Below the pieces are notes generated by a model. That model was not told where the DNA came from and did no database searches. It saw only the letters and a list, made by a program, of their open reading frames with translations. Of a stretch of DNA of 64,000 nt, positions 19,849 to 28,267 are shown piece after piece. A program made the translations under genes and the position numbers. Each line of letters begins with the position of its first letter. Within the stretch, counting starts at the first letter, position 1. The stretch is from Bacillales bacterium (GTDB lineage Bacteria; Bacillota_I; Bacilli_A; RFN20; CAG-826): the NCBI GenBank assembly GCA_052171195.1, contig JBQMZB010000001.1, positions 131,323 through 195,322 of the forward strand, in the 5' to 3' direction.

Positions 19849-20795
19849 TCACCTATTGGTTTATAAAAAGCCGAATTTTCTAGGGCGAATATTCTTTCAC
19901 TAAATTCGCCTTTTTTAGTGTTTTCGAAGGCTTTTTCAATAACCATAATTTTACTATCTATATCATCTATATGAGATAAAAGTAATGCTTCTTTCGTAGC
20001 AGGGGTTATTGGAGATCCGTATTCTTTTTTGCCATGATGAGATAAAATCATATGTTTCAATAATAATACCTTTTCTTCATTTTCAATATTATTTTTTCTT
20101 GCTATTTCACTTATCATATTCATTCCAATAGATATATGCCCAAGCAAATTACCTTCAGTAGTATATTTAGTAGTTAAAGGTCCAGATAATTCAAAAATTT
20201 TACCAATATCATGCAATAAACATCCAGTAATTAATAAATCCTTATCTATATCATCATAATGTTTAGAAAAAAATATTGCTATTTTTGCCATTGAAACAGA
20301 ATGATGTAATAACCCATACATAAAATCATGATGGTTACTTGTAGCAGCGGGATAAATTAGGTATTTTTCATAATAATTATTAAAAAAATCCTTAATAATG
20401 ATTTTACAAATATTATTTTCAATTAAGTTAATTATCTCTTTTAAATCGTTTTTTAATGTATCAAAACTAATCGGAGAAATTTTAACTAATTCATTTAATT
20501 CATCGTTAGAAAGATTCGCTTTTTCTCCTGATAATATCTTTAATTGAATATGATCTTTATATGTATTACATAAACCTTTAATTTTAACCGCACTACCTTC
20601 TTGATAGATTTCTAAATCTTCGGGATTAATAGACCATAGTTTGGCTTCTATAGTTCCGCTTTTATCTTGAAGAACTATATTAAGATATTTAGAATTATTT
20701 TTATTAACACCTTGATTTACAGTTTTGATTAAAAAAATATCGTCAACATCGTAACCATCATAAAAATCTTTAATCATTATTATTCTCCTTTTCAA
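19845..20795 (-). CDS. yhaM: 3'-5' exoribonuclease YhaM (OB-fold + HD domain)
   Basis: 316 aa. It aligns along its whole length with B. subtilis YhaM as recalled from memory: KLWS, YPAATSNHHDFMYGLLHHSVSM, GNLLGHISI, LSHHGKKEYGSP and RIFALENSAFYKP. Confidence 0.8.
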   Translation of the reverse strand: MKRRIIMIKDFYDGYDVDDIFLIKTVNQGVNKNNSKYLNIVLQDKSGTIEAKLWSINPEDLEIYQEGSAVKIKGLCNTYKDHIQLKILSGEKANLSNDELNELVKISPISFDTLKNDLKEIINLIENNICKIIIKDFFNNYYEKYLIYPAATSNHHDFMYGLLHHSVSMAKIAIFFSKHYDDIDKDLLITGCLLHDIGKIFELSGPLTTKYTTEGNLLGHISIGMNMISEIARKNNIENEEKVLLLKHMILSHHGKKEYGSPITPATKEALLLSHIDDIDSKIMVIEKAFENTKKGEFSERIFALENSAFYKPIGD

Positions 20796-21582
20796 CTATA
20801 TCTAAAATATCTTCGTAATTATATCCTAATGTAATTAATTCACTTAAAATTTTGTCTTTTTTATTTCTAATTTTAATATTAGAATTTATTTTTTTAGATA
20901 TACGATTGTAGTCTTTGGTTAATTTTTTAATCTCAACAGTTTTATCTATAACTATCGATTCTACTATAGAAGATGAAATTTCGTTAGAGAATCCTCTTCT
21001 TAAAAGTGCGTTGTAGATATTTCTTTTAGTTTTTGCAACATTAGAAGCTACATACTTATTTTTAATAAGATTATAATAGTTGTTAGCCTTAGTTAACTCA
21101 TTTTTTATATCAAATTCTATACTGTCAACTAATTCTTTTTTAATATATTTATTTTGAAAAAAATTTAAAATATAATACTTACCAAAAAAATTTTTATTAA
21201 AAAATAACATATAATTTTTTACATATTCTTCTTCATTTATATAGTTATTTTTAATTAAATAATCCACAATAGTATTAATAAACTCTTTTGATTCATTTTT
21301 ATACTTTTTTTCTAATATAAGTTTAACTTCACTAACACAATAAATATGCTTATAGATTTTATTAATAACTGAATTTAGGATTAACTTATTTTTATTTGAG
21401 GTAATAATTTCATTTATAAAAGATGAATCATATACATCACCAATTTTAAATGGATAATTAAGATAAATTGTAAATAATAATTTAACTTTTAGTCCATTAA
21501 AATATAAATAAACATCATTATCTTTTATTTTAATATTGTTTAATTGATATTGTTTACCATTTTTTTCTAATTGATCTTTCAT
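20770..21582 (-). CDS. RecX-family-like helical repeat protein (tentative)
   Basis: 270 aa. The repeated helical modules ..IYNALLRRGFSNEISSSIVESI.. resemble RecX three-helix repeats. This is judged by eye. It overlaps the downstream GT4 gene by 29 nt. Confidence 0.3.
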   Translation of the reverse strand: MKDQLEKNGKQYQLNNIKIKDNDVYLYFNGLKVKLLFTIYLNYPFKIGDVYDSSFINEIITSNKNKLILNSVINKIYKHIYCVSEVKLILEKKYKNESKEFINTIVDYLIKNNYINEEEYVKNYMLFFNKNFFGKYYILNFFQNKYIKKELVDSIEFDIKNELTKANNYYNLIKNKYVASNVAKTKRNIYNALLRRGFSNEISSSIVESIVIDKTVEIKKLTKDYNRISKKINSNIKIRNKKDKILSELITLGYNYEDILDIVEKENNND

Positions 21583-22729
21583 ATACCCTCACAATATTGT
21601 CATAGAAATTCTTTTCATTAAATTTATCTATAGAATTAAAAGCATTGTTTTTAATTTGAGTTAACTCTTCATCATTTAATGACAAAATTTTATCTAATTT
21701 AAAAATAAATTCATCATCATTAACAAAGAAAAAACCTGTATAATTTTCTTCAATAATTCCTAATAAATTATTATCAAATCTGCATAAAATAGGAACATGT
21801 GCTGCCATAGCTTCCATAAATGTCAATCCTTGCGTTTCACTTGTAGAAGCACTTAAAAATAAATCAGCGCAATGATAATAATATTGTGTCTCATTTACAG
21901 GAACTTTTCCTACAAATATAATCTTATTATCTAAGTTAAGAGTTTTAGATAAATTTTTAAGTTCTTCAAGTTGTGGTCCATCTCCTACAAATAACAAAAC
22001 AACGTTTTCATTAGAGTATTTATCTAAATAATTTTTAAAGTTATTAATTATTATGTCAAAACTTTTTTCTTTAGCAACTCTGCCCAAACAAAGTAAGACT
22101 TCTTTGTTATATAATTTATATTTAGATTTAATTTCTTCAACTTTTTTATCATTATTATCAAGAATAAATCTATCAAAATTAAAACCTGTTGGAACGATAT
22201 TAATATAACTTTTAATATCGATACTTCTTAAATAATTCATTGTTTTATCACTCGGTACAATAACTTCAGTAGATCTTAAAATGTGTGCTTTGGCAAATTC
22301 TCTAAAAGCCCATTTAGATATTCTATCAAGATAACCTTTTGTTACATAATATGTATAGTCTTCATACATTGTATGATATGTATATACTGTAGGAATATCT
22401 AACTTGTTAGCAAAATAAAAACCAAACTGACCTATTCCGAATTCAGTGTTTATATGACAAACATCAATATTTGAATTAGATAAAATATCAAATGCTTCTT
22501 TATTAAATGGTAAAGAAGCACGATAACCATATAAAGCTTTAAGCTCTAGACCCGGTATTCTTAAGATATTATCTTCAAAAGTAACTTCTTTGTTATTACC
22601 TGTAGTAACAACAAATACTTCTTCACCAAATTTGGTTAAAGTATCAAATAAACTCTTGACTGAAGTTGCAACTCCATTAACTTCAGGTATAAATGTATCA
22701 CTAAATATTGCTATTCTCATCTTATTCAT
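21554..22729 (-). CDS. GT4-family glycosyltransferase, diacylglycerol glucosyltransferase (MGS)-like
   Basis: Start set at MNKMRIAIFSDTFIPEVNGVATS, the typical GT4 N-terminus. The C-terminal half carries the E-x7-E retaining-GT4 motif region (..SETQGLTFMEAMAAHVPIL..). It resembles Acholeplasma MGS-like (alMGS) and streptococcal glycolipid synthases. Its ATG overlaps the stop of the upstream flippase-like gene. Confidence 0.65.
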   Translation of the reverse strand: MNKMRIAIFSDTFIPEVNGVATSVKSLFDTLTKFGEEVFVVTTGNNKEVTFEDNILRIPGLELKALYGYRASLPFNKEAFDILSNSNIDVCHINTEFGIGQFGFYFANKLDIPTVYTYHTMYEDYTYYVTKGYLDRISKWAFREFAKAHILRSTEVIVPSDKTMNYLRSIDIKSYINIVPTGFNFDRFILDNNDKKVEEIKSKYKLYNKEVLLCLGRVAKEKSFDIIINNFKNYLDKYSNENVVLLFVGDGPQLEELKNLSKTLNLDNKIIFVGKVPVNETQYYYHCADLFLSASTSETQGLTFMEAMAAHVPILCRFDNNLLGIIEENYTGFFFVNDDEFIFKLDKILSLNDEELTQIKNNAFNSIDKFNEKNFYDNIVRVYERSIRKKW

Positions 22730-24077
22730 CTTCGTCTTTCGTTTTATGTTTATTAAATTTAATATTATTTTTAATCTTTTCAATATTTACTTTTTTACGA
22801 TTTTGATTATCTAAATAAGTAATATCACTTGTTAATTTACGTTCATCATATGTTTGCATTTGAATAGTAGCAAAAGTTTTTTTATCTCCTGTGATAAGAA
22901 TTTCAGAACCTGACATACCTCTAGTTTTATATGTTGCTGCAACCATACCACTAACTAAAAAAGGTATATGGAATGTAACAAATCGCCATAATAACATAAC
23001 AGCGTTAATGCCACCATTTTCAACAAAACCTGGTGCATTAAAATATTTAGAAAATAGTTTTACGAAGACAAATTCACTTATTCCTGATGATCCTGGTAAT
23101 GGAATTAATCCTGTTATCATTTGATGATAATTTGTATAAACTACGGATAAAATAGAATAATGGAAATAATCTTTTATCGAATGAATATTACTAAATCCAT
23201 TCAATGATAACCCGCATAAAAATGGTACATTTTCTGATAAAAATAATGATATAAAAACTAACAAAATCATTAATATAAAGAAAGGAACATTACTTCTCAA
23301 ACGTCTAAACTCAACCCTGAAGTTTTCAACTTGAGCACGAACTTCTTCGCTTTTTTTATCTGGATTTTTAACAAGACGTAATTTTCCTAAAAAATATATA
23401 AATTTTATAGAAATGAAATTATGAAATTTTTCTGATGAAGACATAACAAATAAAACCAAGATTACAAATAGATTCAATAAAAATCCTAAAATTATAAAAA
23501 TAAATATTGGCACTGGTATATTTTGATTATTAATTACTAAATCAATAGTTTGAATATCCATTATATCTTGGATATAAGGTGTAAATAAAGATAATATACC
23601 CATGGTTATCAAGCAAGTTTGATAAACAATATACATCATAACCATTATAGACGCTGAGTTACTGACACTTACGCCTTGTTTATTATAAGTATATATTTGT
23701 GCAACTTGTCCACCACTTGCACCAGGTGTTATATCATTATAAAAAATACCTATTAAATAATTTGCTAAAGCTTGATGATATTTATATCTTTTATAATAAA
23801 GTCGTGTGAATAAAAATAAACAAAAAGCATTAAATAAATTTATTAATATAATATTTCCCATCAACATGAAAAAAAATTTCCAATTCATTTGTTTAAATAA
23901 ACTGAATATTTTATCGGAATTTCCCCATAAAGATGAAATAAAAACTATCGTTGTAAGTGTAATGATAACCAAAAAATATACCAAATATTTAATAATATTT
24001 GATTTAGAATTTTTTTTGTTTTCTATATTAGAAATAGTTTCGTTATTAAGTGTGTTGTCATCATTTTCTTTTTGCAT
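22722..24077 (-). CDS. Flippase-like polytopic membrane protein (UPF0104 / LPG-synthase-TM-like)
   Basis: 451 aa with about 8 TM segments. It carries the motif GIFYNDITPGASGGQVAQIYTY typical of the UPF0104/MprF-TM family, which is often coupled to glycolipid glycosyltransferases. Confidence 0.5.
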   Translation of the reverse strand: MQKENDDNTLNNETISNIENKKNSKSNIIKYLVYFLVIITLTTIVFISSLWGNSDKIFSLFKQMNWKFFFMLMGNIILINLFNAFCLFLFTRLYYKRYKYHQALANYLIGIFYNDITPGASGGQVAQIYTYNKQGVSVSNSASIMVMMYIVYQTCLITMGILSLFTPYIQDIMDIQTIDLVINNQNIPVPIFIFIILGFLLNLFVILVLFVMSSSEKFHNFISIKFIYFLGKLRLVKNPDKKSEEVRAQVENFRVEFRRLRSNVPFFILMILLVFISLFLSENVPFLCGLSLNGFSNIHSIKDYFHYSILSVVYTNYHQMITGLIPLPGSSGISEFVFVKLFSKYFNAPGFVENGGINAVMLLWRFVTFHIPFLVSGMVAATYKTRGMSGSEILITGDKKTFATIQMQTYDERKLTSDITYLDNQNRKKVNIEKIKNNIKFNKHKTKDEDE

Positions 24078-24228
24078 ATCATAATTTTAACATAAATGTA
24101 TTTCAAACATATATTATTATTTAATATTAAATATTTATTTATAAATAATCATATAACTTGTTATTTATTTTTCTTTTTCATATAATAAAAATATCTTAAA
24201 GGAACATATTAAATAACAAGGAGTTTTT

Positions 24229-25908
24229 ATGAATATAAAACCATATAATCCAGTTCAAGTTTATGCTTTAGGCGGTCTTGGAGAAATCGGAAAAAATACA
24301 TATTGTGTTGAGAACGCAAATGATTTAATTATTATTGATGCTGGTGTTAAGTTTCCTGAGGATGATTTAGTTGGTGTAAACTATGTAATCCCAAACTATA
24401 CCCACTTAAAAAATAATAATTTAAAAATCAGAGGATTATTTATTACACACGGTCATGAAGATCATATCGGTGCAATTCCTTTTATAATTAAATCATGTAA
24501 TATTCCTGTTATTTATGCTCCTAAATTAGCTTGTGCATTAATTAGACAGAAATTAGAAGATAAACGTGTTAGAACTACTGTTAAAATAGTCGAATATGAT
24601 GAAAATAGTGTCATTAACGCTGGTAGTTTTAAAGTAAGTTTCTTTAGGGTAACCCATTCAATCCCTGATTCTTTTGGAATATGCGTTGATACAAGTGAAG
24701 GAAGAATTGTTACTACAGGTGATTTTAAAATCGATTTAACTCCTGTTGGTAAAGATATAGAACTTTCAAAAATGTCTAAATTAGGTGAAGAAGGTGTTGA
24801 TTTATTATTAGCAGATTCTACCAACGCTGAAAAAGAAGGTTGGACACCTAGTGAGAAAAATGTTATTAATTCAATAAACGAAATATTTGATAAAGCACCA
24901 GGAAGATTAATCATTTCAACTTTTTCAAGTAACATATCTCGTATACAACAAATTATAGATGCAACTTTAAAACATAACCGAAAAATAATTATTTTAGGTA
25001 GATCAATGGAAAATACTGTTGAATGTGCGAGAAAATTTAATTATATAAATATTCCTAATGACCGCGTTTTAGATATTAAAAACTATAAAGATTGTAAAGA
25101 TAATGAAATTGTTTTATTGTGCACTGGCTCTCAAGGTGAGCCACTTGCAGCATTATCAAGAATTGCAACAGGTTTATTAAAAGAATTTAAAATACTACCA
25201 GGAGATACTGTTGTTTTCTCTTCTTCTCCAATTCCAGGAAACGGCGCTTCTATATCTAAAGTTGTTAACGATTTAACAAGGCAAGGCGCTGATGTAATTA
25301 CAACTTCTGTATTTAGTGATATTCACTCATCAGGCCATCCATCAAAACAAGAATTAAGATTGAATTTAAAACTTTTCCATCCAAAATATTTTATGCCTGT
25401 CCATGGAGAGTATCATATGCAAAAACTTCACGCTGATTTAGCGATTTCTTTAGGAATGGAAAAGGAAAATGTTTTTGTATTAGCTAATGGTGACACATTA
25501 ATTTTAGAAAATCATAAAATTAAAGATGGAAATAGAATTCTTGCTGAAGATGTTTATATTGATGGTAATGATACAAACGGAGTATCTACTGCTGTTATTA
25601 GAGATAGAAAAGTTTTACAAGATGATGGAATGGTTAGCGTCTTAATTTGCTTAGACAGCAAAAATAATCGTTTATTATGTCCGCCAAAAATTCAAACTGT
25701 AGGTTTTGTAAATTATGGTAAAAATGAAGATCATTTAGTTAGACATGCTCAAATGCAAGTAGACGATGCTTTACAAGAATTATTTATTACCAGGAAAGTA
25801 ACATTTAGTGATATTAAAAATGTTGTACGTAGTGTTGTATCAAAATATTACTTTAGAAAAACTCAAAGGAATCCTATGATTATTCCTTTGATATTAAATA
25901 AAAATTAA
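24229..25908 (+). CDS. rnj: Ribonuclease J (metallo-beta-lactamase/beta-CASP)
   Basis: 559 aa. HGHEDHIG motif, beta-CASP region and a C-terminal domain. RBS AAGGAG. Confidence 0.9.
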   Translation: MNIKPYNPVQVYALGGLGEIGKNTYCVENANDLIIIDAGVKFPEDDLVGVNYVIPNYTHLKNNNLKIRGLFITHGHEDHIGAIPFIIKSCNIPVIYAPKLACALIRQKLEDKRVRTTVKIVEYDENSVINAGSFKVSFFRVTHSIPDSFGICVDTSEGRIVTTGDFKIDLTPVGKDIELSKMSKLGEEGVDLLLADSTNAEKEGWTPSEKNVINSINEIFDKAPGRLIISTFSSNISRIQQIIDATLKHNRKIIILGRSMENTVECARKFNYINIPNDRVLDIKNYKDCKDNEIVLLCTGSQGEPLAALSRIATGLLKEFKILPGDTVVFSSSPIPGNGASISKVVNDLTRQGADVITTSVFSDIHSSGHPSKQELRLNLKLFHPKYFMPVHGEYHMQKLHADLAISLGMEKENVFVLANGDTLILENHKIKDGNRILAEDVYIDGNDTNGVSTAVIRDRKVLQDDGMVSVLICLDSKNNRLLCPPKIQTVGFVNYGKNEDHLVRHAQMQVDDALQELFITRKVTFSDIKNVVRSVVSKYYFRKTQRNPMIIPLILNKN

Positions 25909-26468
25909 TGACAATATTAGGCTCATCTTCTCCAAGAAGAATTAAATTGTTAAAAGAAATCACTAATGAATTTAAAGTATTAAGTCCTGATTTTGATGAA
26001 AAAACAGTAGATATAAATACTAAACATTTTGCTATGGTTGAAAGTTACAACAAAGCTATGTCTTTAATTAAACAAATTAATAAAGATGATTGTTTAATCG
26101 CAATGGATACAATTGTAATGTTTAACAATAGAATAATACAGAAACCTATTGATATAAATGATGCAGTTAATACTTTAAAAATGCTAAGTAATAAAAAACA
26201 TCAAGTTATTACAGGATATACAATTATATATAAAGATATAGTAATCAATAAAGAAGTTATAAGTGATGTATATTTCAATCCCCTTAGCGAAGAACAAATA
26301 AGTAAATACGTTAAAGAAATAAATGTTTTAGATAAAGCAGGTTCTTACTCTTATCAAGATGATGAAAAATATAATTTAATAAAGAAAATAAAAGGTAATA
26401 AAAATAATATAATTGGTTTCCCAAGTGAGGAAATAATAAAAGAACTAATAAAATTAAATGTTATCTAA
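25908..26468 (+). CDS. maf: Maf-family nucleoside triphosphate pyrophosphatase
   Basis: 186 aa. Begins ILGSSSPRRIKLL, the Maf signature. Joined to rnj in a TAATGA junction. Confidence 0.8.
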   Translation: MTILGSSSPRRIKLLKEITNEFKVLSPDFDEKTVDINTKHFAMVESYNKAMSLIKQINKDDCLIAMDTIVMFNNRIIQKPIDINDAVNTLKMLSNKKHQVITGYTIIYKDIVINKEVISDVYFNPLSEEQISKYVKEINVLDKAGSYSYQDDEKYNLIKKIKGNKNNIIGFPSEEIIKELIKLNVI

Positions 26469-26816
26469 TTTTTTATATATTAAATTAACATTTTTCCCTA
26501 CTAAAATATATTTATTAGACATTACCAATACTCTTTCTGCACCTATTTTTAATAATTTATCTCTTTGAACTAGACTATTGTTTTTTAACTCTAAAGTGAG
26601 CCTTGTTCCATTTAATTGTTTTGAAGTAAGATTATCTTTACCACCTATATATTCATAAATTTCATTTTCAGTAAATTTAAAATTATTTTTTTTAGATTTA
26701 TTTTTTTTAACTAAAAATAAAATTATTGTAATAACTAATAATAAAACAAATAAAATAATTAAAATAAAAAACATATAATTAGAACTAAAATCAATATATA
26801 AGTTAATTAATGACAT
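26454..26816 (-). CDS. Membrane-anchored PTS EIIB(Glc)-like domain protein lacking the phosphorylatable cysteine
   Basis: 120 aa. N-terminal TM, then IGGKDNLTSKQLNGTRLTLELKNNSLVQRDKLLKIGAERVLV. This aligns to the glucose-family EIIB consensus FGGKENI..DACITRLR..., with the Cys replaced by Asn. Confidence 0.45.
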   Translation of the reverse strand: MSLINLYIDFSSNYMFFILIILFVLLLVITIILFLVKKNKSKKNNFKFTENEIYEYIGGKDNLTSKQLNGTRLTLELKNNSLVQRDKLLKIGAERVLVMSNKYILVGKNVNLIYKKLDNI

Positions 26817-26884
26817 TGAAGACCCCTTTTTCTTTAAATAATTACTATTTTATTGTATCATATAAATATTAAGGAAGTAAGGAT

Positions 26885-27469
26885 ATGGCAACAAATATTG
26901 AAATTGAAGCAAAAGCTCTTATAAGTAAAGAAGATTACAATTTAGTTATCAAGCATTTAAACGCTGATAAATATAAAAAAATTAAACAAATCAACTATTA
27001 TTTAGATACAGATGAATTTCAACTTAAAAATTTAGGAATAGGATTAAGAATTCGTGAAAAAGATGATTTTGTCATCACTTTAAAAGCTCCTTTAGCAGAA
27101 GGTTTACTTGAAAAAAATGAACAAATTACTTGGAAACAATATGAAGAATTAAGAGATACTAATTCCTTCCCTGACTGCGGAATTAAAGAGTTTTTAAAAA
27201 TGTTAGGATTTAATCCTGATGATTTAAGAATTGTTTCTTCTTTACAAACTGAAAGAATTGAAATCCCTGATTTCGAAGAAAAAGGTTCTTTGGCTATCGA
27301 TAAAAATACTTATAACGGAATTATTGACTATGAATTAGAGTTAGAAGGTAATTCATTAACTAAAGCTAAAAAGTATCTTAAAGAAATATGCGAAGAAATC
27401 GGTATCGAATATAAAGATAACTTATATAGCAAACAAGCTAGAGCCTTGGATACAATTACAAAAAAATAA
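26885..27469 (+). CDS. CYTH-domain protein (YjbK-like triphosphate tunnel metalloenzyme)
   Basis: 194 aa. N-terminal EIEAKAL (ExExK) motif and beta-barrel pattern typical of the CYTH family. RBS AAGGAAGTAAGGAT. Confidence 0.65.
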   Translation: MATNIEIEAKALISKEDYNLVIKHLNADKYKKIKQINYYLDTDEFQLKNLGIGLRIREKDDFVITLKAPLAEGLLEKNEQITWKQYEELRDTNSFPDCGIKEFLKMLGFNPDDLRIVSSLQTERIEIPDFEEKGSLAIDKNTYNGIIDYELELEGNSLTKAKKYLKEICEEIGIEYKDNLYSKQARALDTITKK

Positions 27470-27493
27470 AAGATGTCTACGACATCTTTTTTT
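27469..27493. terminator. Bidirectional rho-independent terminator between the CYTH gene and spx
   Basis: 9-bp stem AAAGATGTC / GACATCTTT with a 3-nt loop. An A-run precedes it and a T-run follows, so it can work on both strands. Confidence 0.55.
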
Positions 27494-27510
27494 AGTTTCT
27501 TAATTAATAT

Positions 27511-27933
27511 TTATTTGTTTAATTTACATAATGAACATGAAGAATCTTTACAATTTAGGCATGCGCTTTCTGCAATCCTTTTAGCCTGTGGTATAAATGA
27601 TGATATATCATATTTATTGTAGCCAACTTGTATTTTTTTATCATCAACCATTATTGGTCTTTTAAGTATTGATGGATTTTTAATGATAAAATCAATTAAC
27701 TCACTAATTTTCATATCGTCTATATCTATATCAGTGTTTTTAAATACATTACTTCTTTTAGATATTATATCATCAGTCCCATTTTCAGTTTTTCTTAAAA
27801 TACTTTTTAATTCTTCAGGATCTAACACACTCGTAAAAATATTCTTTTCTCTGTAAGGAATATTATGTGAATCTAACCACTCTTTAACTTTTTTGCATGA
27901 AGCACAACTAGGTGATGTATATATAGTTATCAT
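27511..27933 (-). CDS. spx: Spx-family global regulator (ArsC fold) with Cys-rich C-terminal extension
   Basis: 140 aa. It is near-colinear with B. subtilis Spx: MITIYTSPSCASCKK (CxxC), ..RKTENGTDDIISKRSNVF.., ..LKRPIMVDDKKIQVGYN... It has an extra tail ..AESACLNCKDSSCSLCKLNK. Confidence 0.8.
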   Translation of the reverse strand: MITIYTSPSCASCKKVKEWLDSHNIPYREKNIFTSVLDPEELKSILRKTENGTDDIISKRSNVFKNTDIDIDDMKISELIDFIIKNPSILKRPIMVDDKKIQVGYNKYDISSFIPQAKRIAESACLNCKDSSCSLCKLNK

Positions 27934-28027
27934 ACCTATATTATATATATTTTTAAAAAAATAATCATTATTAACTAATAATATTTATTATATGAATAAT
28001 TCTATTTTAACTAATGTCTATGAAATT

Positions 28028-28055
28028 AAAAAAAGATGATATATCAATATCATCT
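28028..28055 (-). terminator. Terminator downstream of tRNA-Lys
   Basis: 9-bp stem AGATGATAT / ATATCATCT with a 4-nt loop (28034-28055). An A-run on plus at 28028-28033 reads as a U-run on the minus transcript. Confidence 0.45.
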
Positions 28056-28068
28056 AAATTTTTAATAT

Positions 28069-28144
28069 TGGTGGTCCTCCAGAGATTCGAACTCTGGACC
28101 CACTGATTAAGAGTCAGTTGCTCTGCCAACTGAGCTAGAGGACC
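28069..28144 (-). tRNA. tRNA-Lys (anticodon CUU), CCA encoded
   Basis: The reverse complement folds as a canonical cloverleaf: acceptor GGTCCTC/GAGGACC, D-stem GCTC/GAGC, anticodon stem ACTGA/TCAGT, loop CTCTTAA (anticodon CTT), T-stem CAGAG/CTCTG, TTCGAAT loop, discriminator A, CCA. Confidence 0.85.
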
Positions 28145-28153
28145 ATGATAAAT

Positions 28154-28181
28154 ATTATATTATAAAATATAATATAATCAA
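28154..28181 (-). promoter_or_regulatory. Putative sigma-A promoter of tRNA-Lys
   Basis: On the minus strand TTGATT, a 16-nt spacer, then TATAAT. The predicted start is only 1-2 nt before the mature tRNA 5' end. Confidence 0.4.
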
Positions 28182-28267
28182 GAAACATTCCTCTTCGTGG
28201 CATTTAAATAGAATTTTGAGAAAGGAAAGGAGGTAAGCCACGAAGAGGATAGATAAAATAAAATTAA

